A stretch of 64,000 nt of DNA from Utricularia gibba (taxonomy: Eukaryota > Plantae > Magnoliophyta), in contig NEEC01000002.1 of assembly GCA_002189035.1 (NCBI GenBank), positions 496,001 to 560,000 on the forward strand. Reading direction: 5' to 3'. The translations under genes and the position numbers were made by a program. The notes beneath the pieces were generated by a model that searched no databases, was not told the origin of the DNA, and saw only the letters and a list, made by a program, of their open reading frames with translations. This document shows, one piece after another, positions 1-10,584 of this stretch (position 1 is the first letter of the stretch; the number at the start of each line of letters is the position of its first letter).

Positions 1-170
1 ATGATTCCAAAAGTACTGATAGCTATGGGAAAATTGTTTTTGCTTACTTGTTTCCGTTTTGGTTAGATTTGGTTGTTTCGTTTTAAGGTGAACTGATTTT
101 GGTTATGGGAGGATTTGCCTTAGTATTTAATGCCTCATCGTTTTGATCATCATCGTTGTGATTTTGCTTA

Positions 171-1092
171 GTTCTACGGCTAAAATTCGAAGTGAAGTAC
201 TATCTCCCTTCCGTTCGGTGCGCATGTTCTTTTATCTTGCCTTCATGGCTAGTGGGTCTCTTGGAGGATTGATTGCCATCAGTCAGCTGATTGGTGCCCT
301 TTCGGTTCAATCCAGAGCCGAACAAGTTCCTGAAATTCTCAAGGGTTTAGGAATTGACTTTGGAGCAGTATCTATCTTTGCATTTCTGTATTACCAGGAA
401 AACAAGGCCAAAAACGCCCAGGTGGCTCGGCTTTCAAGAGAGGAAACCCTCTCAAATCTTAAGATTCGTGTGAAGAACAAGGTTCTTCCTTTAAGTACTT
501 TTAGGGGAATTGCTCGCCTCGTTATACTTGTTGGTCCGGCGTCTTATATTGAGGAGTCTTTCAAGCGAAGCATACCTTTCTCAGAGGCTCTCCTGGAAAG
601 AGGAGTTCTTGTTTTACCGATTCTGACTGATAGTGTTTCACCGAAATTGGAGTTTGAGGAAGCAGAAGAAAACGAGGATATCATTGCTAGAAGAAAAAAA
701 TTATGGCAGTTGGTTCCTGCTTCTACGGCTGACTGGAGCAAGTAAGTTTTTTTTTTCGTTTCTTTTAGTTTTTTGATATTGGATTGCTCTTATTTCTAAA
801 GCTGACAACAGGTGGTTAGATGAACAAAAAAAACTGGCTAATGTCACTCCGGATTCTCCAGTGTAAAGCTAGTTTTTTCTCTCTCTTAAATAAAAGGCTT
901 AGTATTTATCGAGTGATGGTTTAGTGAATGTAGTTTCTATTTAAATGAAGGTATTTGTCTCTCCGCATGGATGGTCGGGTTCGGGGCAGCGGTGTTGGCT
1001 ACCCTCCCTGGAATGCATTTGTGTTGCAATTACCACCTGTGAAGGGAATGTGGTCTGGTCTCCTTGATGGAATGGATGGAAGAGTTCTTTGA
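171..1092 (+). CDS. LOW PSII ACCUMULATION 1-like protein (DUF3493; At4g28740-type), 5'-partial, at least 3 exons
   Basis: The ORF 143-745 peptide RSEVLSPFRSVRMFFYLAFMASGSLGGL...WSK continues via GT-AG introns into WLDEQKKLANVTPDSP and YLSLRMDGRVRGSGVGYPPWNAFVLQLPPVKGMWSGLLDGMDGRVL* (TGA 1090-1092). The start codon is not resolved. Confidence 0.88.
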
Positions 1093-1586
1093 GCTGTGAA
1101 TGGATTGTTCAGTAGAATTGTTCTCCTCGATTTTGTGCCAACTTCCTCTTGTAAGAACGGCAGCAAAGCATTTCTGGCATATCTTTACATTTGATGCAAA
1201 TCAGCGGAAAAATCGGTTCATTTTCTCGGACACATTAGAGCTGGATGCTAACAGATCCGCTACAAAAACTACCATGGGAACAAAATGCAGCCGTCTTATA
1301 CACTGAAAGACAAAGTGTGCCTTACACAGGTATGTTACAGAACACCATTCCTCTGTTTCCTAAAGTTTCTTTTTCGTTCTGCCATGTGCTTACAGATTGC
1401 ATGAAGTCTTTTATATCATGTACTTAACCTTTATGTGGGAGCGTGTCAATCGATATTCGGTTATGTGGGAGAAGTTTTATATTGATGTACATTGAAGTAC
1501 TTCACTTGAAGGACATCCAGCTACCATAAATCTTGAGAGATTCATTGCATACATTGGCGTGGTGAGTAACTCAAGGACATCGCAAG

Positions 1587-2111
1587 CTACTCCGCGGGTG
1601 CATAATGGAAGCACTTCAACTTCACCTCACTGAACTGCACAACTGGATACCGAGCCTTGGTTCCTGAGGAATCAGACTACGCACCAGATTTATGTGCAGG
1701 GAATCCCCTTTATATCAAAAAGATTCTGTGGCAGGAAATTATGTGAGCATGCCCACCTAATCCAACACCCTTCTACGTCTCCTTCCTCAGAATCCTCACC
1801 TGCAGGTGCAGTGTCGGTCATTCATTTTCGTCAGTAATTGATGCAAAGGAAAAAAAAAAAAACAGAAGGCACTCTTTTGATTGTCATTTAGTCATAATCC
1901 TTCTTGGTATTTGCAGTTGATCTTACTTTGATCATCTCGGTAGCCCAGCAGGTGGACGCTTGGCGACACTTGGAGCTTCTTAGGTTGCGACAGCCGGTGC
2001 ATCGGTGTCTGTTCCTCAGCCCCAACCACCGACCTGCAGTCCTGAAAGTGTGCGAGGCGTGGTGGCCGCTGAAAACCCAAAATTGGCGAATGGCGCGCTG
2101 CTGGTTGCCAT
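1587..2111 (-). pseudogene. PsaE: Photosystem I subunit E (PsaE) pseudogene
   Basis: ATG at 2111 begins a transit-peptide-like MATSSAPFANFGFSAATTPRTLS. Across shifted frames the relics read VVGAEE, KRPPAGLPR*SK | VRILRKET*KGVG | EP(K)ARYPVVQFSEV...HYAPAE*, against PsaE KPPPIGPKRGTK|VRILRKESYWYKGxG..|DPKTRYPVVVRFNKV..NYALDE. The two intron positions are recognisable. It lies next to the At4g28740-type gene, as PSAE-1 (At4g28750) does in Arabidopsis. Confidence 0.8.
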
Positions 2112-2529
2112 TCCCAAAAAATCCGGCGTCCGTCACCCAGTTAGGAGTATCTGATCTACCGGAGACCGCGTACCCGCATTTGAGAGGCTCCCCTGGATCT
2201 GGAAGCATCCGCCCTCTCCGACGTCGCCACGTGGATCTCATTATCCCTTGATAATCTTTTATTTAATTACTTATTTATTCCTTTTTTAAAAAGAATTACA
2301 TCGATAAAAATAGATGGATTAATCCGTTTTATTTTTTTAACGAAAATAGAATAGTTAATTAATTAGTTATCGGATAATTAATAAGAGGAAGATGGAACAT
2401 TCCTTAATCAACAAACGTTCGAAAAACAGACACCAAAAAACGGACACGACACGACGACACACATGCAATAACCTCAGCCAACGTCCGAAAACAGCACTTG
2501 AAATGAGAAAAAAGAGGCCGGCCGTAGCA

Positions 2530-2919
2530 TCATGGGGATGTTACAGACCCGGGGACGCCGCCACCTGCAGCTCCTCCGATCCCGCCACCCGGTGCAGCCC
2601 CGCCCCCGCCGCCGCCGCCCATTGCCGGGATGACACCGATGCCTCCGAATCCGCCGCTGGGCATCGTCCCAATGGCGCCACCAACTCCTCCGAAGCTACT
2701 GGTTCCTCCCAAGCCGCCGGTCCCGAATATCCCGCCGCCGACTCCCCCGAATGGGACGCCGCGGTTGTCGACTCCGGAGTACCCCCCTACTCCACTATAG
2801 GAAGCGTAGTTCTTCTCATCAGCTAATCCAGCACCGCAGGGAAGCTCCCTGGCCCAAGCCTGATGCCGGAGGGGAGCAACAGACAGAACACACAGAATCA
2901 GGACAACCCACTTGCTCAT
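2530..2919 (-). CDS. Secreted glycine-rich cell wall protein, 129 aa, intronless
   Basis: ATG at 2919. Signal peptide MSKWVVLILCVLSVAPLRHQAWARELP, then a DEKNYASYSGVGGYSG motif and a Gly-rich tail. Confidence 0.85.
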   Translation of the reverse strand: MSKWVVLILCVLSVAPLRHQAWARELPCGAGLADEKNYASYSGVGGYSGVDNRGVPFGGVGGGIFGTGGLGGTSSFGGVGGAIGTMPSGGFGGIGVIPAMGGGGGGGAAPGGGIGGAAGGGVPGSVTSP

Positions 2920-3424
2920 ACTCGCTGAAATGCCAACCTTCCGACGACCACTTGAAATCGCGTGATGCAGGCAACTGTTTCGCTTTATATAGAGACTGTG
3001 GAATACGAGACACTGTTTGTACCTCTGGTAAAAAAATAATAATAATAATGAAGGGAGTAAGTGAGATGCTGCCGTAAAAAAAATAATAATCTTGGGTCCC
3101 AATGCTAGTCTACAGTGTAGAGTTTAACAGCGATTTATTACGCCATCCATCAGTAAAAAAAATTCCGGAATCTCGCCGTTTATTTGTTCTGTGGTGAGGA
3201 GACACTCGTGAAGCAGCCGGTGGTAACTTCTCGCCAGGGTTTTTACCGTGGGGTAACTGTGGGTGAAAAGGGAATTAAAAAATATTGAATTTATGGAAAA
3301 TGATAATTGCCTCTTTTTTGGGTTAATGGGATTAATTTGTGTGAAGGAAATGTAATTTTTTAAGGAAAAAAAAATGAAATATTGGCCGGACAGATGCAGC
3401 GGCTGGTTCCCCCAAATCCAATTC

Positions 3425-3444
3425 AGGGTTTAGGGTTAGGGTTT
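3425..3444. promoter_or_regulatory. Tandem telo-box (AGGGTTT AGGGTT AGGGTTT) upstream of CSL4
   Basis: Read directly in the sequence. Telo-boxes are established elements upstream of plant translation and RNA-processing genes. Confidence 0.6.
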
Positions 3445-3603
3445 ACCATCTTTTGACTCTTCACTGTGGAGTGAGGGGTTTACGACCAGCAGCTTTCTTG
3501 TAATTGCTGGACTTGGATTGTGGAGATACGGGTTTCTCCGGCATACTCTCCTTTCCGGAATAAACCCTTGGTTGCGGGGGCGGTTTCCTGCAGGTGAGAG
3601 AAA

Positions 3604-4727
3604 ATGGACAGGGCCGAAGGGGCTTTTGTGACGCCTGGTGAAGTTCTCGGGAAGGTATCAGAGGTGAAAGCAGGTGCCGGTGCGTATGTTTTTCAAAACA
3701 AACTTGTACGCTCTTCCCTCGCGGGTTTCAGTTTCATCAATCCACCTTCTGGAGACTCCAAAGACTCGGTATTTTCTGATATGCATACATGTATATTCGC
3801 CATCATCAAGTGTTGTTTTTCTCTTGTTTATATGTGTTTGGGGGCAATGTTGCTTTTAGAGGCCAGTAGTTGAGGTGAAAGGGCATAAGGCCCATGGTGC
3901 TGTCCCCGAGCCGGGGTGCCTGGTTATTGCACGGGTACGAGTATACTATTTCCGTTGCATGACATTCCAACTAGTTTTTAACTGAAAGCAGTAATTTTTG
4001 CACTCCATTCTCTGCGTATTCTATGGAAGATCACCAAAGTGATGGCAAAAATGGCTTCTGCGGATATAATATGTGTGGGACCAAAGTCAGTAGGGGAGAA
4101 ATTTACTGGAACCATTAGGTGAGATAGAATTTCATTTCTTCCTCTCTGTTTAAGTGATGGCATATGGAATGCTCTGCGAATGAAAAATCCATGTTTTTGT
4201 TTGTTGTCACATGGCAGACAACAGGATGTGAGAGCAACAGAGATCGACAAAGTAGAAATGCACTCCTCCTTCCGGCCTGGTGATGTTGTTAGAGCACTTG
4301 TCGTATCCTCAGTGACATGTTACCTAATACAACACAGAAGAAAAATCCCATCTAGGGGATGAATAGGTGTAACTTCTCAACTTTGAAAGGGGTGATGGAT
4401 ACTGACTTATTTTTGGTATTTGCAATCTGCCCTTAATTCTTGAAAAGCTATCTCTTGGTGATGCGCGAGCATACTATCTATCAACTGCAAAGAATGAGCT
4501 TGGCGTTGTCTGTGCCAGAAGCGCTGCAGCAGGTGCACCCCCTACTCAGTCCTAGCAATATATGTTGTTTATGCTTCTGGTGTTCCTTGCTTCAAGCCAG
4601 AAATCAGTGTTTTTTTATCTTCGGATTAGGTGCCATCATGGTTCCCATAAGCTGGACAGAGATGCAGTGCCCAGAAACAGGCCAAGTAGAGCAGAGGAAA
4701 GTTGCCAAGTCTGGCGGAGCCTCCTGA
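3604..4727 (+). CDS. CSL4: Exosome complex component CSL4 (EXOSC1), multi-exon
   Basis: Spliced peptide MDRAEGAFVTPGEVLG...RPVVEV...AVPEPGCLVIAR|ITKVMAKMASADI...|QQDVRATEIDKVEMHSSFRPGDVVRALV|LSLGDARAYYLSTAKNELGVV...|MVPISWTEMQCPETGQVEQRKVAK. Confidence 0.95.
4303..4447 (+). other. U12-type (minor spliceosome) GT-AG intron in CSL4
   Basis: Donor GTATCCTC. Branch-point-like CCTTAAT about 10 nt before the AG, and no polypyrimidine tract. The spliced junction RALV|LSLGDAR is in frame. Confidence 0.75.
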
Positions 4728-5121
4728 GAGTCGAGCTCTCCATGACTCTGTTGCTTCACTTCCCCCAGTCCCTTGTTCCCTCTTTCGCAATTTTGGATGG
4801 AATTGTGGTTGCATTGTTTTTGGTTGTGAAAATGATTTACAATTTTTTATATATATTTTAAAAGAATAATATTTTTTGCAAAATTTAATGTGGAAAAAAT
4901 TGAAAATTTTCCCAAAACAATAATTATAATTGAAGATATTTAGGAAAGGCATGAAGATATTTGGAAAAGGCTAAGTTGAAGATATTTATTTACTTGCGCT
5001 GGAAAAAGGGAAAAGCGAAAAGCGAAAAGCGAACAGGGAAAAGTAGCTCCGCCCATAGGAGACGGAAAACACCACCGGAGTTGAACTTGGAAGCTTCATC
5101 TCTTCAGCGAAAGCGGCGCCG

Positions 5122-7260
5122 ATGTCTGCGGTTCCGGGAGATGGACTCGACACACCGGTCCTCGATTCCAAGTTTTCACAACTCCTGCAGCGAATAGCAG
5201 AAGCCGGTGGATACGCTTTCGCATCCATCGTTACGCGAGCCGCCGCCGGAGATCCTCGAGCGGCGGAGGCGGCAAGGGAGATGGCGTGGGAGCAGCTGCA
5301 CTCGGGACCCTGGCACTCGGTAGTTCCCGCGTGGCGCGATGCGTATGCGATGGCCTGCCTTCATGTGGCGAAAAATCACTTCTCATCTGGGGAGTTTGCG
5401 TCCGCTCTCAAAGCCCTTGACATGGGACTTATAATGGGCGGTTTGACTCTGAGAGATGATCTGAATTCCTGCATTAGGAAGGTCTGTTCTGCTTTGAGAG
5501 GTGAGGAATTTAGGGATGACGCCGCGAAGAAAAGTGAATGGTATCAACATTTCACGTTGTCGGAGGTGAGCTTCGTTACCTGTCCTAAGTCGCTGTCCCT
5601 GTCGCACTGAATATTCCAAAGTTACTCTTATCTCCACTTCTCATCTTCCATTCAGTGGCGTGCAGCTTCTGAGGATTTACGTACAACCCCTTGATGCCGA
5701 TGGTTGAAAGACAAGCAATCTTATTAACTAGGCAGAAAATAGTTCTTCATTTTTTTGCTTATTGGTTTTCTATGTGTTTGTTCTCTCGTGAAAGAAACCT
5801 TTGAATGGTCTCTCGATTTGGAACTTTGAAACTTTAATTCACCACACCTGCTTTTTTTTTTTTTAGCTGCATGTGAACAAAGGGGTTTACAGTTGCTTGT
5901 TTTGGAAAATCTCCTTTTGGATTAATGTCATGTGACTTGTCTATTCTTGTATTTGACATTATTTTTCCAGGTTGCAAAGTCCTTGCCTTCCAAGTCATTT
6001 TCTTGTAGGGCTGTGGAAAAGAAATCTGGCTTGTCGTTGGAAGGATTTTTGCAGAAACATTTTCTCCCTGGTTCTCCAGTGATAATTAGTGATTCCATGA
6101 CCCATTGGCCAGCGAAAGAAAGATGGAATAATGTGAATTACCTTAAAAGTGTTGCTGGCTTCCGGACGGTTCCAGTAGAGGTATCTGCATTCCTAGTGCA
6201 CTGAGGATACATGCGCACCAGAATAGTTGGATTTAATCTCTTAAATGCTTTTTTAGTAGTTAGGTTCATGATTGAATTGTAGAACTCCTAGCTTCGGTGC
6301 TGCCCATCGTCAGTTTAGCAATGCTGTTTCCTATATGCTTCATTTTATTGTTGGTAAAAATGTGAAAGTACCCTTCAGGTTGGTAAAAACTATCTCTCTC
6401 CAGAGTGGAGGCAAGAATTAATCACATTTTCTGATTTTATTGAGAGGGTTCAGTCCAGCAAATGTTCTTCTGCGGACACTATATACTTGGCGCAGCACCA
6501 GTTATTTGATCAGGCATGTACTTGCCTTGTGCTGCACAAGCTGTATTTGGCCGCACAAAGTAGTTTCCGGAGTACTTATGCATGGCTGTGTTCCAGATTA
6601 ACGAACTCAGGCAGGATATTATTATACCAGACTATTGTTTCGTCGGCGGTGGGGAGATCAGGTCTCTTAATGCTTGGTTTGGTCCTGCTGGAACAGTTAC
6701 ACCATTGCATCATGATCCACACCACAATATACTTGCCCAGGTAAAGATACACATCTTGCAAATGCATAAATCCTTCAAGTGACTTGGTAGTTATGATGCA
6801 AACGTACATTAGTATCAGTGGTAGTATTGTCATGCCTTTCCCTTGTTTCTTATTTCTCATTTAATACCCTGTTTCAGGTTGTTGGGAAAAAGTACATCAG
6901 GCTCTACCCTGCATCATTGTGCGATGAGCTTTACCCTTACCCTGAATCTATGTTATGCAACTCCAGCCAGGTTACTTTCTTGCCCATCTTTAGGAAGTTT
7001 TCTTTTCAGTGGCTTTGCTGCTGCAGTTGGTAATTTGCACAGTAGATTGTTTACATTGTTACTAAAACATGTTCTCTTGTTCAAAACCAAAGGTTGATCT
7101 TGACAACATTGATGAGCAAGAGTTCCCCAGAATTTTGGATTTGGAATTTTTCGATTGCGTACTAGAGGAAGGTGAAATGCTGTACATACCTCCCAAATGG
7201 TGGCATTACGTACGATCCCTCACCCCCAGCTTTTCTGTTAGCTTTTGGTGGAGCGGATGA
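5122..7260 (+). CDS. JMJ30: JmjC lysine demethylase JMJ30/JMJD5 (KDM8)
   Basis: N-terminal [21 protein letters not shown]. JmjC motifs [24 protein letters not shown] and [17 protein letters not shown]...SVSFWW. Contains a GC-AG intron at 6514. Confidence 0.96.
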
Positions 7261-7635
7261 GGAAAAGATTCTCAGGCTCGATGATAGTATTTGTTGATGA
7301 CATTTGCCTTGATAATGTATTCAGCTACTACTACCAATTCAACAGTGTAATTTGTAGCTCAGCACTAGAAGCTGTGATGAAACTTGTGTTCGGTTGTATT
7401 CCCTGGCACGAGGACAGGACATGTAAAGCTCATCTTATGCACATGGGTATCTCCCAGGAAAGGGAGATGAGTGCCCTCTTGAGAATCATTCATTCCTTGC
7501 ATAATAACAATGACATGCTGTCGAGTGCATACACCTCATCTCAATTTGAGCAACAAGTTTGCAAATAATCTGACTCCAATACTCATACTCACGTTATGGT
7601 CTCACAGAATGTCAGCTCTATCCATAACGTGGAGT

Positions 7636-10110
7636 TTAGAACCTTCTGACCTGAACACGGGTACCTCCTTTCCGGCTGGATTCGAGCATTGCATCCAGAA
7701 CAGCGACGTCTCGTGCCCCTTCGAGAAAAGAAAGCCGCGGCTCCAACTGGTGGCTGCTGTTCTTCTGCTGTGCAGGAGGAAGAGGTCAGCTAGTGTAGAA
7801 GTGGCAATCAAAGGAATATAATCTTCAACTTGTCATTTCATGATCATTGTGCACCTTAAGTGTGGCCAATGAAATATCAGATAGAAAAGCTTTAAGTTCA
7901 TTTGTCACGCCATCAAATGGGTAAAACCAACTTCTCTTCTGGCCATCGGCCAAAAATAGTGATACCTGAGATTATTTGTCCAGGAACCTAGTTAGTAACC
8001 AATGAGACTTAAAGAGTTAGAAAAGGCAAGAAAATGAATCATGGAAACATTTACTGTGTATCCATGCTTCCCATCTGTTATTCCCCGCTCTATTTGCAAA
8101 GTCCCATTCAAGCCCACAATTCGCCAGAGGACCTATGATGAACAAAATCTCATCATAACCGATGATATGACCTCAAGGTAAAGTTCAGGGATTGCACATA
8201 TTGATACCCTTGGAGATCTAGAGGATACGACCATCACAAAAACTCCAGAACTCCCGCTCTCCAGTTGACTGAAAGGACAAGGAATGAGGCCACGGTGGGA
8301 GTTAGTTAATTGAAACGCATGTTAATAAATCATACATTGTTGAGGATATGTGATCCGGAGCTGGCAATGTTGAATCAACATGAGAAGTGACGGCCGCCAC
8401 TGAAGTTACTTCACACCCAACCAACTGTTCCACATGCAGAAGAGATGAACAAGGCCAACTTTATTTTTGTACCAATTATAATTAAAATATCCAAATGCAT
8501 CTTGCGAGTTTTGATGCCATTTTTTCGGTCAAGCAGGTACTCCGAGATCAAAAAAATCTGATAAATAAGACAAAGGTGCCTATTTTCCACAGGGAGAGCA
8601 GCTCGACAATTATTTGTTCAGTAGATCAAACCTTAGTTGAGATAGAGACCAGGTGGAGTTAAAGTCATTAAAGTTGCTCAGTAGACGAGCAGAATTTATT
8701 TCGATGCTAAAAACATGTGATCACCATTCTCAATGCGGAAATGAAATGCACGCCCATGTCTAGAATGAAACCTCCCTGCAAAAGCAGGAAATATTCAGTC
8801 CAAAAATACGAAGAGTTGATGCCAATTTGGGTTTTAAAATGAAACCATGGACTAAAACTCACAACAAATTCACGTCTCCAAGAGCTTGAGAAATAGGGGT
8901 TTGAGCTATTCATTGATCCTTCAATAATGACATGAACATTAATTATGTTTCCGATTTCATCCATAAGTCGTCTCCCCTGAAAACTCCCAAATTGTTGGCA
9001 GTTTTATACCATGACCCTTGTGTAGTCAATCACATATATATCATAGAAAAACATACAACCGACATACCTCTACAAATGCAGGTTCAAATCGATAGTTCTC
9101 AGCAATTCCCAGAATGGAGCCGAGTTCAAAGATTTATAGGACGATATGCATTTTTCAAGCTCATCAACAGCTAGAGATTAGAGAGAAATATTGTCATTTT
9201 TTTGTGCAAACAGAAGCCAAGCTGAAAATGACCCTACTATTTTCGGGCCCTGAAACTACCTATTGACATTACTTACACGTTGCAGCAGGCTTCTCTTTGG
9301 ATCAGCAAATTACGCAGAACATACAAAAAAAAAAAAAATGCTGTCAATGCCCTTTATGTAAAAAAGAACTGGATTCGATATATCAGAAAATCAGGTTGGT
9401 ATTACTAATAATTCTCAAAACGACTTTCTCTAGGAATGTTGAAAGCAGACACCTTGAAGAACATGCTTTCCTGCCCTCAGAAACCTGAGTGAGATATCAA
9501 CCTGAAGAGAAGGATTTTGTGGATCGCAATAGGATCATTGATATTTCACTAAAGAAAATAATGTGTAACCAATACACAATGGAGTCTGAAGCTGGCTAGT
9601 GGGTATGCACACATAGAGATTTTGATGGTCACATGTAAAATATACAGAAGGCCAGAGAATTTCACCTGGGCCTGTCCAGCAAGCACAACAACCACACCAA
9701 TAATTGAAGCATCTACAATAATTTCGTCAAGTCCAGCTTGCCCCCATTTATATTCTACACCATGGAACGTCTTCTTTGCCATCTCATGAGCAGCTCTAGC
9801 GGATTCCTATTTAGCAACACTGTGAAATTCTCCCCTAATCCGGAATCGAATACAAAAATAAACATATGTTGACCGGGAGGAAAACAACCATTAAAAAAAT
9901 GCCTCCTCCACATGATGAGCTGGTCAAGCGTTAGTAATAACACACGTGTTCAAGGTGGAAGAAGTTAACCTCCGTGCGGCTCCAGATGACACGAAGATTC
10001 AGAGAACTGGAAATTTCAGCCAATCTGGGAATGTAGGTGTTTCTAACAAAAATTCCAGCCCCAACAACCGCGATTTGAGGTCGCTCATCCGCCGCGGGCG
10101 ATGGATCCAT
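7636..10110 (-). CDS. Gfo/Idh/MocA-family NAD(P)-binding oxidoreductase (At3g20790-type), multi-exon
   Basis: ATG at 10110 gives MDPSPAADERPQIAVVGAGIFVRNTYIPRL. Internal IEGSMNSSNPYFSSSWRR..GGFILDMGVHF. Ends EPRLSFLEGARDVAVLDAMLES...RRF* (TAA 7636-7638). Neighbours JMJ30, as At3g20790/At3g20810 do. Confidence 0.9.
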
Positions 10111-10584
10111 TATAGAAGTGTTCTTGTTAGGCGAATCTCAGTGTGTACTTCGATGGAGTAGTTTCGTCAGCGCAGATTGCAGAACGACAGAAACGATCGG
10201 GCAAAACTCACAGTTTCGGATTTTTCTTACTGGTCCCTAATATTTTCAAACTTTTCAAATTAAACTAGAATAAATTACAGTTTGGCTCTTCAGGTAGTGT
10301 TATTTCTTCTGATACCCTTCATTGGAAATCCTATTAAAAGGCTGGGCGGATCTACGTTGGGCCCAATAGTGACCCAAAAGGCCGATCTTCAAATCCGTCT
10401 CATTGGCGACGATGGCGGGTTCTCTCTCTTTTTCTTTGTACTTCGAGTACTGATTATCTTCTCTTCTTCACCACCTGCTGTTGTTCTTCAGATTCCGGTT
10501 GCGGAAGAGTGATTCCTAGTGTCTCGCATTGTTAGAGTTCCCTGAGGATTTGATGCGAGGTGACGACAAGTGAGCAGATCAGGA

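Noticed and set aside
2392-2826. Plus-strand 144-aa ORF and similar antisense ORFs (14336, 27761, 55619, 57087, 57802)
   Set aside because: These are shadow ORFs opposite real GC-rich coding sequence, with no independent motifs.
3425-3444. Interstitial telomere or variant telomere array
   Set aside because: Only 2-3 units in a promoter position, better explained as telo-boxes.
8330-8352. AT-AC U12 donor (ATATCCTC, minus strand) in the oxidoreductase
   Set aside because: The motif lies inside coding sequence (PDHISST). The real donor is the following GTATGA.
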